A stretch of 64,000 nucleotides of DNA from the human T2T-CHM13v2.0 reference genome, Homo sapiens. The notes under the pieces were generated by a model. It was not told the origin of the DNA, did no database searches, and worked only from the letters and a program-made list of their open reading frames with translations. The translations under genes were made by a program, and so were the position numbers. Location: contig CP068257.2 in assembly GCA_009914755.4 (NCBI GenBank), positions 42,016,001 to 42,080,000 on the forward strand. The letters run 5' to 3'. Positions within the stretch are counted from its first letter, which is position 1. Every line of letters starts with the position of its first letter. Below are positions 1-14,241 of this stretch, piece after piece.

Positions 1-140
<140 letters not shown>

Positions 141-2805
141 CAGATAATAGCAAAAAGGGAAGGAGGTTGCTCTTCTTGATAGGCTGTTCTGGGAAGGCCT
201 CTCTGGGCTGATAATCAGCTCAGATCTGAAGAGAAATGAGCGGAAACCGCCTATGCAGAGGCAGGAAAGAGCTTCACGTGCCCTAGGAGTGGTTTGAAAG
301 ACCAATAAGTTGGGGTTGGGGGGGCGAGTGTTATGAGATGAAGTTGGAGATGTAGGCAGTGGCCAGATCACACAGGGCTTTGTAGTTTAGATTTTAACGG
401 CACTGCTGTTGGATGATTTCATTTACCTGATCCAAAAATACTTTCTATAAACTCTTGAGTGAGCCCATACAATATGAACTACAATGTGTAATAGAGGTTT
501 TAAGATAAAGTTTTATTTAGTTACTGATGGTACTAATACATTTAGAATCTGCTTAAAAGAACAGATATTATCTCCCCCATCACTGACATTCTCAGTTTGT
601 TTTATTTTTAAGAGAAATCACCAGACTACCCAAAAAAAGAAAATACACTTTCCTGGGAAGTCTGATAGAAAAAGGAATAAAGACCAAAATTCCTGACTTT
701 GATTCTGTTAAGAATCTCCCCAAGAGATTTTGTTTAGTCTCACAGTTCCAGGTACCCCATATATGCTGGTGGTTTCTAAACCTAAATTGTTGTCCCAGCC
801 CATTCCTACTTGCAGCTCGGATGTGCCTTGCTAGCCTGGCTTCTCTACCTGGCACCTCACACTCAGGATGCCAAAAAAAGTTCTGTTTTCTTTCCCCGAA
901 ATCCTGTTCTCTGCTGCTGCTCCACTGCCACCTGTTTTCTTTTCTTTTGGTTGCTGGTTCCCACCAGCCATTCAGATTCCAGCCGGACACACGGGATTGT
1001 CCTGGACTCCTCTGAATTCCTCATCCTCTTCCCCTGGCCCACATCCAGTGGGAGGACCCCCGTCCTCCCTCGTTCACCTCCTGATGACATAAATTCTTGA
1101 CCGTGGGCTCTTTGTATCTCACCGAAACTTCTGCGCCCGCATATTCCCCAACTGGTCTCCTTAACTTCACTTGTGTCCCCAGGAATCTGTCCTCCACAGA
1201 CCAGCCCAGGGTCATCTTCCTAAAACAAATCTGATCCCACATCACCAATATTTTTTGAAATTCAGTGTCTGCAAGTCATGATCTGTCCTCAGGTGCTCTT
1301 CCTGCCTAAGCCCCGTGTAACTGCTTCATGTTCCGTCAACAGAATCGGTGATGGTTCTTGGTGTACAGCACACAATTTCTCACCTCTCTGCCTTTGCTTC
1401 TCCTGTTCACTCTGCAAAGAATCCCACACCTTCTTCACTGCCAGCATTCAGTTCAGTATCACTTCCTTCAAAAAGCCTCGCCTAGCATCTTGCCCTACTC
1501 CTCCAGGGTTCTAAAACATCCATTGTGTCTCTGTTGTAGCACTTAGCTACATTGCTTCTTAATTATCAATGTGTCATCCTTCTCCCGAAACACCGTAAGC
1601 TTCCATCTGTTTTCTTAGCCAGAAGTGGGAGTACATGCAACCGTAAAAGGTCTTGGCCTGTACAAGAGTGGAAGACCAGAGGCAATACTTACGGTGCTAA
1701 GACAGCCTAGACAGAGCCTTTTGCTCAAACCCTTTGGTGAGCCAGCCCAGGATTTGCAAATGCAGAGGTTATGCGGGGGCCTAAGACCAGTTTACACCAG
1801 TGCTCCAGAGTCCTGTCTGGTTAGTGCCTATCACACCCAGAGTGACTTGTCTTGTATATCTTGTTCACCACCACATTGCATGGAGTACAGTGGACCTTCA
1901 GAAAATAACTCCGCAGCATGAACGTCGTGGACAGTGATAATGGGACAAGAAAACACAAGGTCTCCACCACAGCTATGCCCCATCACAATTACAGCACAAG
2001 TTTGGAAATAACTTGGCCTGACATTCGACTCCCGATGACAGGCTCCAACTTTTCTGCATCTTGTCTTAGGCATCATAAAGGAAATGTGAGCTATCACTCT
2101 TCCTGAAACATGAGCTGTTCTGCAGCAACATCAATAGATAGCTTTGTCATTTTAAAAATAAATTGGAAATCTTTGTATTGCTTTAAGTAACAGTGTTGCG
2201 CTCTTGCTTTAACTGTTCAAGTTGGGTGCTCACAGTCATAAAATGATCACTCTCCATGGCTTTCATCCATAAGAGCTTATTTGTCCCAATTCATTCATTC
2301 ATTCATATATTTAGCAAACATTTATGGAGTGCCAACTGTGTACTATTATGTACGCTATTCTTGGCACTGGGAATATAGCAGTGAACAAAACAGACCATCC
2401 CTGCCTATCTTATCAGTTCTGCAACTTTAAAAATATTGACTAAAATGGGGAGGCATCCCAAAATCAACCCAGTGACAATTTCATTTGTATCATTGCTTTC
2501 TTTTTGGCAGCATACAAAATAACAGTACATCTTATGGTTGATGCTATATTAGATTCAGTGTAGATGATGGAGGATATAAGTTTTTTTATAATGATGGGGT
2601 TAGGGTTCTCTCTATCCAAGAGTTATAATAAATAGAAGTTGTGGATGTTCTGACACTGGGGTGTGTTCAAGTTTAACACTTTACCCCCATCTAAAATGGC
2701 TTCTGGGCTCATTGCGTGGTGAGAGTGGCTGTTGGATTTGCTCATTTCAAAACTTACTAATATTTCACATGTCTACATGTCTCACTTTGATGTTTACCTC
2801 GTTTG

Positions 2806-3405
<600 letters not shown>

Positions 3406-3698
3406 ACCTCATTCATTTTGAAATAAATAAACCTATATTGTATTGTTGTAAAAACAGTAGTATTAAGTTTAAGAAATTTAGCCCCAAGAAGAAAATAGAG
3501 AAGACAAGACTGATGAAACCAAACTGCTTCAGATAATGTACTTTGCCTTTCAGAGCTTTGAAAGTAATTCAGTAATGAGCATTTCTCTCTTTTACTTTGA
3601 ATACTTCAAAAATTGGTGGCTTGTTTTTATTAGATTCCTAGGTGAACACACACACACAGACATAAATGGAAAATAGATGTTTTAAAAGGGAACAAAAT

Positions 3699-3900
3699 GG
3701 GCCGGGCGCAGTGGCTCACGCCTGTAATCCCAACACTTTGGGAAGCCGAGGCGGGTGGATCACCTGAGGTTGGGAGGCTGAGGGAGGAAAATCACCTGAA
3801 CCCGGGAGGCAGTGAACCAAGATCGCACCATTGCACTGCAGCCTGGGCAACAAGAGTAAAACTCCGTCTCAAAAAAAAAAAAAAAAAGAAAAAGAAAAAA
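3699..3900 (+). mobile_element. Alu with an internal deletion, flanked by a 16-bp TSD
   Basis: GGCCGGGCGCAGTGGCTCACGCC... through the poly-A. The direct repeat aaaagggaacaaaatg is present on both sides. Confidence 0.9.
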
Positions 3901-4191
3901 GGGAACAAAATGTAAAATGTATTCCTAGGAATAGAAAGTGAGACAATTATTATTGTAATCTCTCACCAACTCAATAGTGCTTTGTTCTTACAGTGTTTCA
4001 CACGTCTTGGGCTTGACCCTAACAATAAATCTTTCATATAGTATAGGTGATAGAACTGAGGCCCAAAAGTCAGTTGACAGTTTTCTGATACTGGGCCCCT
4101 GTCAGCAGGAAGCTGGGGCCTGAGCCAAGGTTTGTTTCCGTGCTACTCTGTTGCCTCCTAGAAAAGAGACAATCAGAGTATCTTTTCTCAT

Positions 4192-4551
4192 TGTATTAGC
4201 CTGTTCTCACGCTGCTAATAAAGACACTCCGGAGACTGGGTAATTTATAAAGGAAATAGGTTTAATGGACTCACAGTTCCACATGGCTGGGGAGGCCTCA
4301 CAATCATGGCAGACAGCAAAGGAGAAACAAAGCAAAGGCAGGTCATCCATGGCGGCAGGCAAGCGGGTATGTGCAGGAGAGCTCCCCTTTATAAAACCGT
4401 TAGATCTCATGAGACTTATTCAGTCTCACGAGAACAGCATGAGAAAAACCCGTCCCCGTGATTCAGTTACCTCCCACTGGGTCCCTCCCACCACGTGGGG
4501 ATTATTACAATTCAAGGTGAGATTTGGGTGGGGACACAGCCAACCCATATT
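4192..4551 (-). mobile_element. THE1-family MaLR LTR (solo LTR, antisense)
   Basis: Reverse complement of the THE1 consensus: TGTATTAGCCTGTTCTCACGCTGCTAATAAAGAC...CACGTGGGGATTA...GGGGACACAGCCAACCCATAT. Confidence 0.75.
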
Positions 4552-5094
4552 ACTCACCCAGCCCACTTTGCTGCCCACTGTCCAGGGTCTGTTGTCACTC
4601 CGTCAGAATCTACTGTTTTCCATTATGAACGCCTCTGTAGCACATCATACTGTGCCTTTGCCTGTTACAGGTGTGGGCTATCCATAGCAGATGCTAGGCA
4701 GACCACATTATCACTTACTGTTGGCTTGACCCAATGGTATACTTACAAAACCATCTGGAAATAAATATGCTGTTTTTAAGTGAGAAAGACCAGAATACAG
4801 AATATTATGCCATTTAGGTCACACACACAACTGTGCTTTTCTGCACTACCTGTAACTGTTCTGTAAATAAATGCCCAGGAAAGATCTGGAAAGATACACA
4901 TCAGACAGGTTGCATCAGTCCCTCTGGTTCAGAGCCTGGGATTCAGGAGGCAGGGAGCAAGACAAGCTTGTGATTATATCACTTTGATGGTGGTAAGGTT
5001 CTTTGCAATAAACGTGTTTTTATTAGTTAGGACTCTTTCAGTTGCAACTTGACAGAACATCTACGCCATGCTAGTTTTATTTTATTTTATTTAT

Positions 5095-5192
5095 TTGTTT
5101 ATTTTTTGAGATGGAGTCTTGCTCTGTCGCTCAGGCTGGAGTGCAGTGGTGCGATCTTGGCTCACTGAAACCTCCGCCTCCTGGGTTCCAGC
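5095..5192 (-). mobile_element. Alu fragment (antisense, about 95 bp)
   Basis: TTTTTTGAGATGGAGTCTTGCTCTGTCGCTCAGGCTGGAGTGCAGTGGTGCGATCTTGGCTCACTG, then it breaks off. Confidence 0.8.
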
Positions 5193-5462
5193 GGAACCCT
5201 TGGTGCCATTCTCAGGATTAAATGAGCGCGCACTCCTAGTTCCTGTGGGATCTGACTGTTAAAGAGCCTGGCACCTTCCTCCTCCCTTGCTATGTGACAT
5301 GACAACTCCCCTTCCCCTCCAGCCAAGATGGGACACTCCCTGAGGTCCTCACCAGAAGCAGATGCTGGAGCCATGCTTGTACAGCCTGCAGAGCCTCGAG
5401 CCAAATAAACCTCTTAGCGTCAGGTGTTCCTTTATAGCAGCGCAACAGACTAAGACAGTGAT
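5190..5462 (+). mobile_element. MaLR (MST/THE1-type) LTR, 3' portion
   Basis: Ends with the hallmark ...CCAGAAGCAGATGCTGGAGCCATGCTTGTACAGCCTGCAGAGCCTCGAGCCAAATAAACCTCTT...TTTATAGCAGCGCAACAGACTAAGACAG. Confidence 0.65.
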
Positions 5463-5976
5463 GCAACTGGAAGTGCAGGAGCATTAACCAGCTTAAACCC
5501 AAAGAGAGGATTTGAAGGACCCAGGTTACTGCATGGGGTCAGGCTCAGGGCACTCCTTGTCCTTGCTGGGCAGCTACATTGGGATTTCCCTCCAAGGCTC
5601 TCCACCTTCAAGCAGGGTGTGGAGGGACTCTGTGGTCTGGGTGGGGCTTACCCCACGTGGAGAGGCGGCGGCTTCTGCCAATTCAGCAGAATTCCCTTGG
5701 CCACAGGACAGGTTCAAGAAAAGCCAAGTGACCCTCTGCAGGTAAAAATCTTCTTGCTCAGTCCTTAGGAGTTTCTAGCTCTCTCCTTACTGGACTTGAA
5801 GAGAACACACAGTTTGTACCTGCTCCCAGCCACCTTGTAACACAGGTGGAGCCTGTCTGAGAATGGAGACAATCTTTGGGGCAGCAGAGGTTGCAGTGGA
5901 GAAAAACAAGGTGCTGGCACCAGCAGTTGAGCTCCTGCACAAAGTTGTGCTTCACTTTCCCCCTTAAAACTAGCAT

Positions 5977-6280
<304 letters not shown>

Positions 6281-6787
6281 TTAATAGCATGAAATATCCA
6301 ATCTGTTTAGTTTTTCTCATCAAATGTTTTTTATGAGCAATCCAAATGAGGACCACCCACTGCATTTGGTTAATATGTCTGCCAAGACGCTCTTAAAATC
6401 TAACAGTTCTTACCCATCTTTTTCTGTACAGTTTATTTGTTGGGGACATAGGTCATATGCCTTGTAGAGTTTCACATATTTGGGGTTTGTTGACTGCATC
6501 CTGTTGTCTCACTTACCATGTTCCTCTGTCCCCTGTATTTCCTATAAACTAATATTAATAGTTAAGATTTGACACAGTTGGGTGTTTTTTTTTTTGACAC
6601 TTACTTTTGTAAGAATACTTCATAGGTTGGTGCAGCGTTCTTCCTGTTGGCATCACCTCTGGCATCTGATGCGTGATTATTGCCTGTGCATGTTAATGAT
6701 CGGTCGGTGGGTTTGGGTGTTGATGGTCTGACACATCCACTTTCAAGTTTCTTAATATCGTTTGTTTGTTTGTTTGTTTGTTTGTTT

Positions 6788-7095
6788 GAGAGACAGAGTT
6801 GCTCTGTTGCCCAGGTTGGAGTGCAGTGGCACGATTATAGCTTACTGCAGCCTCAAATTCCTGGGCTCAGGTCATCCTCCCACTTCAGCCACCTGAGTAC
6901 TTGGGACTACAGGCACATGCCACCATGCTCTGCCAATTTTTTGGTTTTGTTGTTGGTGTGTGTGTGTGTGTGTTTAAGACAGGGTCTTGCTCTGTCGCCC
7001 AAGCTCCATGGAGTACAATGTTGTAGAGATTGGGTTTTGCTGTGTTGCCCAGGCTGGTCTCAAACTCCTGAGCTCAAGTGAGCCGCCACGCCTGG
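6788..7095 (-). mobile_element. Alu (antisense, older, rearranged, with an internal (GT)n). It is preceded by (GTTT)n at 6757-6787.
   Basis: GAGAGACAGAGTTGCTCTGTTGCCCAGG... then a (TG)9 run, then ...CTCAAGTGAGCCGCCACGCCTGGG. Confidence 0.8.
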
Positions 7096-7468
7096 GTGAT
7101 ATCTTTTCATCTAATGTTTTAGCAGCTATTTATGATCCTTGCCCAAAGCCTTCAATTCACTGGGGATATATGTGGTCTTTGAACATGATTAAATATAAGT
7201 GCAGGTCACTGTGGCCAAGAAAAAAAAAGTTACTGCAATCATGACCGCAGTTGGCTCAGCTCTAGTGGGGTTTATTACTCATACCATACTTACATTATCC
7301 ACGTGAGGATCCCCAGGCATGACTTGTTCATAACAAGAGGGCAAGAGAACCAGTTGGTACATCTTCTCTCCAACTGTGAAAGGGAATATACTTTAATAAA
7401 CTAGTTTTATGTTAGTTCCTGATATCCTGGTTTTACATGGAAAACTATCATAAAAGAATCAAAATGCA

Positions 7469-7781
<313 letters not shown>

Positions 7782-7906
7782 TTATAAAATTGTTGATGGG
7801 AGAAAGACCCTTAGCAAAGTGGAAATCAATACCTGTAAATTAAGGTTAACGCACTCTGAATACACTAAACAAACTTTGGTCCATTAAAAGGTCTTTTTGT
7901 CACTTT

Positions 7907-8212
7907 TTTTTTTTTTTTTAAGAGACGGACTCTCGCTCTGTCGCCCAGGCTGGAGTGCAGTGGCGCAATCTCAGCTCACTGCAAAGTGCAAACTCCACCT
8001 CCTGGGTTCACACCATTCTACTGCCTCAGCCTCTGGAGTAGCTGGGACTATAGGCGCCCGCCACCATACCCGGCTAATTTTTTTTGTATTTTTAGTAGAG
8101 ACGGGGTTTCACTGTGTTAGTGAGGATGGTCTTGATCGTCTGACCCCGTGATCCGCCCACCTCAGCCTCCCAAAGTGCTGAGATTACAGGCATGAGCCAC
8201 CGCGTCTGGCCC
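7907..8212 (-). mobile_element. Alu (AluY-like, antisense) with the TSD ctttttgtcacttttt
   Basis: Poly-T, then AAGAGACGGACTCTCGCTCTGTCGCCCAGGCTGGAGTGCAGTGGCGCAATCTCAGCTCACTGCAAAGTGCAAACTCC...CCGCGTCTGGCC. Confidence 0.9.
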
Positions 8213-8589
8213 TTTTTGTCACTTTTTAAGCATCTTTTGGAGTATTAAGATCACATTGATTCTAAATATTTGTTTGCATTCATCTAGTTTATAGCACTTT
8301 GTTGCTCCAAAAGATTTCTCCTAGGATCTCCTAGTAAAATCCTAATAAAGACCATTTGTAACACACATCAAGACTTGAGGATTCTGTTTGTGTTCTAATT
8401 TCATGTATCCATAGGCTCGGAAACTCCAAGACTGTACACCTACCTTATCATTTTGTGATTCTTTATGTCAGTCAGCAAATACTTTATGACACCTGGGGTC
8501 TACTCAGGAGATTTAAGGCTGAACGAGACTGGTCACTCAATCATAGATCATGAAGGCAGAGGTAGAGCCCTGAGTAGCTAGAGTCAGAA

Positions 8590-8818
8590 CAAAGCCAACC
8601 CTGGTGATGCTGCAGTAAATGATCACCGTTACAGGGAGGGTGATTGACAAAGCCAACCTGGTGATGCCACAGTAAATGATCACCGTTGCAGGGAGGGTGA
8701 TTGACAAAGCCAACCTGGTGATGCCACAGTAAATGATCACCGTTGCAGGGAGGGTGATTGACAAAGCCAACCTGGTGATGCCACAGTAAATGATCACCGT
8801 TACAGGGAGGGTGACTGG
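8590..8818. repeat. Minisatellite, a 59-bp unit in about 3.9 copies
   Basis: The unit CAAAGCCAACCTGGTGATGCCACAGTAAATGATCACCGTTGCAGGGAGGGTGATTGA is repeated head to tail with 1-3 substitutions per copy. The periodic pseudo-ORF 8537..8797 (-) reflects it. Confidence 0.9.
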
Positions 8819-9425
8819 GAGGCAGCCACTTTTGACCTTATACTAGGATCCTTAAAAGGTAATTTTTGCAAAAATATTCCAAAGCAGCGTCAGTGTCCCC
8901 AGGCCCTTTCCTAGGCCTTTGACTTTCAGATGTACTGTTTGGAGCTCCTGTGTCCTCAGCCTGGCTGGTTTTCTGTTCCTCGGAAGTGGGGCTGCCCGTT
9001 GCTGGGGCTTCATATGACTTGAGCAGGTCCCCCGCATCTCTTGTAAGATTTGCAGTTTTACTTCACAAGACCAGCGAAAATGTCAGTGTGCAGGATGGCT
9101 GCACGTGGTGGGCGGGGAGGGCGTTGATGAGGAGCCGATTTCATAAGTGGCCACTTTGTTCATGAATTTTGTGTTGTGATGACATTTGCTTCCTCACGCT
9201 GAGGCCGGGCCACCACTGCCACCCTACCCTGTAGCTGATAAAGCTGCAGGTACAGTAGTAATTTATTTGTGTTTCTTTTATAACAATAAGGAAATGTTTG
9301 CTTCAATTTTTTAAAAAGACGTGCAAACGAAAGAGAATTAAAATGTATGTGATACTTCACCACTTTCTAAACTTGAAGAAAAGAGATGCATAGACTCTAA
9401 GATGTTTGTATTGTTTTGCCTTCCA

Positions 9426-9508
9426 GGAGGTTTCAGTCAGGAAGAACTTCTGAAAATCTGGAAGGGGCTCTTCTACTGCATGTGGGTGCAGGATGAACCC
9501 CTTCTACA
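9426..9508 (+). CDS. RRP1B: RRP1B coding exon 2 (first exon inside window), start of Nop52 domain
   Basis: Acceptor AG 9424-9425, donor GT 9509-9510. Enters in phase (G|GA) and translates [27 protein letters not shown], which matches the recalled RRP1B/NNP-1 family N-terminal region. 83 nt. Confidence 0.9.
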
Positions 9509-10126
9509 GGTAACATGCGTTCCCTTTGTCATGCTCCCGGGTTCTTGCTGTGGATGGATAAGAGACTTGATCACTCATGCTGTGCCAGTCCCCCGATACA
9601 CTGACGCACACTGACAGTCATGCTTCAAGGAGTCATTTTCGTACCTCTTGTCCATACAGAAAGGGATGCAGGGTCAACACAGTTAGGTGAATTGTCTTTT
9701 CAAATAAAAGGAAAGATGTGCATTCGTTGTCAATTTACTATTTCTCTGTAAAATTTCATAGGTTCCATGCTAGGTTTTACATTACTTAAAGTTTCTCTCT
9801 TCTGGTAAGTTTATTTTTTGTGGTCAAGGATGGCATGACAGGAGCACTAACTAGTCAAGACCCTGTGAAACCCAGGAGAGGGCAGCCGCGTCACTGGGCT
9901 TCGGGTTCCATGGAGAGCAGCAGTAGCGCTCAGCGAAAGCCTCCCTGTTAAAGCCGAGTGCGCCTGCGCAGTCACCCAAACGCGCAGCAGGCTCGGTCTC
10001 TCTGTGCGGGGCCTGCTGAGCCCGCTAAGCCCACCACCAAAGCCAACACTAAAGATGTGACTTTCACTTTTTAAAAGCTTTGTTCTGACCCATGAAAGTA
10101 GATCCGATCTGCCTCTGTAGAGGGAG

Positions 10127-10332
10127 AGCAGGCTTGTCCAACCCACAGCCACATGTGGCCCAGGATGGCTTTGAATGCAGCCCAACACAAATTCGGAAAC
10201 TTTCTTAGGACCTTATGAGATTTTTTTTTTTAAGCTCTTCACTATTACTAGTGTTAGTGTATACTGTGTGTGGCCCAAGACAGTTCTTCCAGTGTGACCC
10301 AGGGAAGGCAAAAGACTGGACACCCCTGAGGT
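10127..10332. mobile_element. hAT-type non-autonomous DNA transposon (MER1-like), short copy
   Basis: Terminal inverted repeats CAGGCTTGTCCAACC...GGACACCCCTG. Internal GTGGCCCAGGATGGCTTTGAATGCAGCCCAACACAAATTCG and GTGTGGCCCAAGACAGTTCTTCCAGTGTGACCCAGGGAAGGCAAAAGACTGGACACCCCTG. Family assignment is from memory. Confidence 0.55.
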
Positions 10333-10902
10333 AGAGGAACCAGCCTTGAGAAGTGCTTGCAAGTCTCTGATGCAGATGACAGGTCCTCAGGGCAAGATTT
10401 TACTTTTCTGGGTTTTAATGTGCAGCCTTGCCACTTCTCCCGTGCTGCGTAATAACTTGTTTTAATTTATTTTTATTTTACTGAACATATTTTGAGTAGG
10501 AGCAGGGCAAAATATTTTTATATTACATTCAAAAGTAACAACCAACAGCTTTAGTGGAGGAAGAAAACCAATGGACAGAAATCTCATTTTCCCACGAAGG
10601 AAAACAGACCGGGTGTGGTGTGAGTCAGACTGATGAGGAGTGTGCTTTTCTCACGGAACCTCAGAAGAGAGGGCGTCTCCCCAGAGTGAGCCTGCTGCAC
10701 CTCAGCAGGGCATGCTCTCTCAGGGACCCCTTCACCCAGGACAGAGCCCAGAAGGCTGAGTTTACCTTCACATTCCACCTTGTCTCTGAGCAAGCTGTAG
10801 GGAGGACTTTCCCATGGCGTGCAGTGAGCATCCCCAGCATCTCACCTCTGTGAGGTCTGCCCTGCTGTCTTTGTGTTTCACATCATTTCTGGGATTATGA
10901 TG

Positions 10903-11213
10903 AAGTTTTCTTTTTTTTTTTTTTTTTTTACAGAGTTTCACTCTGTTGCCCAGGCTGAAGTGCAGGGGTGCCATCATGGCTCACTACAGCCCCAACCTCC
11001 CTATTGCTCAGCTGATCCTCCTGCCTCAGCCACCCGAGTAGCTGGGACTACAGGTGCACGCCTCCATGCCTGGCTAATTTTTGTATTTTTTGTAGGGACT
11101 GGGTCTCATTGTGTTGCCTAGGCTGGCGTTGAACTCCTGGACTCGAGCGATCCACCCGCCTCGGCCTCCCAAAGTGCTCGGGCTCCCATTACAGGCATGA
11201 GCTGCCCAGCCCA
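10903..11213 (-). mobile_element. Alu (antisense)
   Basis: T25, then ACAGAGTTTCACTCTGTTGCCCAGGCTGAAGTGCAGG... through ...GGCATGAGCTGCCCAGCC. Confidence 0.9.
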
Positions 11214-11225
11214 GCTTAGATGGGG

Positions 11226-11529
11226 GTTTTTTGGTTGTTGTTGTTGTTTTGAGATGGAGTCTAGCTCTGTCACCCAGGCTGGAGTGCAATGGCATGATCT
11301 TGGCTCACTGCACCCTCTACCTCCGAGTTCAAGCAATTCTGTCTCAGCCTCTCGAGTAGCTGGAACTACAGGCACACGCCACCACGCCTGACTAATTTTT
11401 GAATTTTTAGTAGAGATGTGGGGAGTGCCATCTTGGTCAGGCTGGTCTTGAACTCCTGACCTCAGGTGATCCACCTGCCTCGGCCTCCCAAAGTGCTAGG
11501 ATTACAGGCATGAGCCACTGCACGTGGCC
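11226..11529 (-). mobile_element. Alu (antisense)
   Basis: TTTTGAGATGGAGTCTAGCTCTGTCACCCAGG... through ...GGCATGAGCCACTGCACGTGGCC. Confidence 0.9.
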
Positions 11530-11850
11530 AGATATAGTTATAAAGCCAGGAACTGATAACTAATTTATTTCATCTCTAGTTCATCTGAACTGATAATTAG
11601 AGATGCTTTTTTAAACATGTAGCTTAACACAGTTCTTGCAGACATACCAAGTTAGCATAATAGTCCGTCAATATTGGAACTTACACATTTGATAAAATTC
11701 AGATATTCGGATACATACTTCTTAGTGGAAGTGACAAGAGGGGCAGACCTTCCCACGAGCGGAAGTGGGAGAAGGAAGCAGGCCGCGGCACAGGCATCTC
11801 ATGTTGCCCCACGATAACCCCCATGTTTCTCCCCAACCCCGCCTCTGCAG

Positions 11851-11908
11851 GAAGAGCTCGCCAACACCATTGCACAGCTAGTCCATGCTGTTAACAACTC
11901 AGCGGCTC
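11851..11908 (+). CDS. RRP1B: RRP1B coding exon 3
   Basis: ctgcag|GAAGAG acceptor, C|gtaagt donor (GT 11909-11910). Translates EELANTIAQLVHAVNNSAA plus 1 nt, in frame with the previous exon. Confidence 0.9.
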
Positions 11909-12875
11909 GTAAGTCCTGTTGTTTCTTCTCCTTCCTTCCAAGTTTTCCGACTTGCTAGTTTAATGGGAACCTTGTGCCGGTATTGTGTAGATGTCAGGGG
12001 ACAAGCCATTCCTGTTTTTAAAAGCTGTGATAAACTTAGTCATTGACTTGGTGAGAGGGCACAGTGTCTTGGGGAGAATCAATTTGACATCTCAAAGATT
12101 TCAGAAAATGCTTTTAGAAATAACAATCCTCCAGAATCTTCAAATTCTGAGTTACTTTAACACTTGGAGCCTGGAGAGCCAGATGCAGGGTCCACGGTGA
12201 CCTCTGGATGCCAGGTTCGTCTTCCCCAAGAGCAGAGCCGTCACTGGTAATAAATACATAGAAGACACCACCGGTCACAGACTATGAAGTAACTCCTCTC
12301 AACCATAGAGAAAAAAAATTAGTTAGGGTGCTTCTGTGTCAGGCGTTGATTGCTTATAAAGGAAGAAAAAGGTAGCCGACTTCGTTTGTTCTGCTTAATG
12401 CTCTTCAGAAAAGCATCCTAATGATTTCAACCACCCCCAGTGGTGCTCTGAATATTAGCTGACTCATATTGAACAAAATTCTACATATGATGTATAATAG
12501 ATTTACAAAGATGAAAAAAGAATTGTGCAAAAAGAAATAAAGCCAAAAAATCAACAAAAATTGTTTTTGAATAAAAAAGTGCTAGTTCTGTGGGTCAGAA
12601 GAGAAAAATTCAGTGTTTTGTACCGTAGCTCACCCAGATGCCACCTATAATCAGACAAAAATATGAGTTTCTATATGGATTATATAAGTGTCAGAATTAA
12701 TGGTTTTGAACTGATTGTGAGGTACCAGTGCAGTAGGAAGAGTTACTAGAAGTGGAACAAGGAGTCTTGATTTTAAAAGAAACGTGGCTTTGCAGTGGAT
12801 AAAGGAAAAATGCTCCAGAGAGCGCTCAAATCTGACATTGCAATGTTGCCAGCCCTTCCGGTTATTCTGTTTTTA

Positions 12876-13226
<351 letters not shown>

Positions 13227-13412
13227 TTAATAAATAAGTGTAAAAGAAATGATTGAGTATATTTAATTATCAACAGATTTTCTAGCTGCCCAAGAATTAC
13301 TGAGAAAAGTGAATAATAAATAATGCTAGTTTGTTCCTCTTCATTATTTTCTTGCTATATGGTAGTATGTTGATGTGGAAGCCAAGTATTTAGAGCCTTT
13401 TGTTCACTGCAG

Positions 13413-13498
13413 AACACCTGTTCATTCAGACCTTTTGGCAAACCATGAATCGAGAATGGAAAGGAATAGACAGGCTACGCCTGGACAAATACTATATG
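13413..13498 (+). CDS. RRP1B: RRP1B coding exon 4
   Basis: Acceptor AG 13411-13412. Translates (Q)HLFIQTFWQTMNREWKGIDRLRLDKYYM. Donor ATG|gtaaga (GT 13499-13500). Confidence 0.9.
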
Positions 13499-13695
13499 GT
13501 AAGATCTGCCGCAGTTACTTCAAAAACTCCTGGGAAGAAAAGAATGTCCTTTATCTTAAAAACAATGGGAAGGTTTATTTGTGAAGCAAAACAAGCCACA
13601 GGCTTAGTGTGAAGGAAGAATTTGAATGTGTCCTGGAAAGCTTCTCTGTTTTGGCTTTTGCAGTTCTTAAGGATGAGTTTGGGGAGCATTAGTGA

Positions 13696-13998
<303 letters not shown>

Positions 13999-14126
13999 TA
14001 TGAATATGTTTTTTGATCTAGAAGGTAAATATGACTGTTGTGAATATTTTTTTACTTTTGGGATCCAGGCCATAACAATTTCATTGGTCCCTTCATTCTG
14101 CTGAGCTGATTAATATTTCTTACCTT

Positions 14127-14131
<5 letters not shown>

Positions 14132-14158
<27 letters not shown>
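14132..14158 (+). repeat. Poly(T) of about 27 nt, 20 nt upstream of the exon 5 acceptor
   Basis: CC then T27 then AAACAAAAATTGCCTTTCTTTAG|CTG. Confidence 0.9.
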
Positions 14159-14160
<2 letters not shown>

Positions 14161-14179
14161 AAAAATTGCCTTTCTTTAG

Positions 14180-14241
14180 CTGATTCGTCTGGTCCTGAGG
14201 CAGTCCTTTGAAGTCTTGAAGCGAAATGGCTGGGAAGAAAG
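14180..14241 (+). CDS. RRP1B: RRP1B coding exon 5
   Basis: Acceptor tttctttag|CTG sits just downstream of a T27 tract. Translates LIRLVLRQSFEVLKRNGWEE plus AG. Donor AG|gtcagt (GT 14242-14243). Confidence 0.9.

Noticed and set aside
8537-8797. 86-aa minus-strand ORF with an internal periodic peptide (…IIYCGITRLALSITLPATV… repeated 4 times)
   Set aside because: It is the translation of the 59-bp minisatellite. The periodicity comes from the tandem DNA repeat, not a repeat protein.
9800-10120. CpG-containing unique-looking segment with a 113-aa minus ORF (9847..10188), just downstream of RRP1B exon 2
   Set aside because: No splice-site-bounded extension of the RRP1B frame and no recognisable domain. 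It is probably part of an old diverged repeat adjacent to the MER1-like element. Left unannotated.
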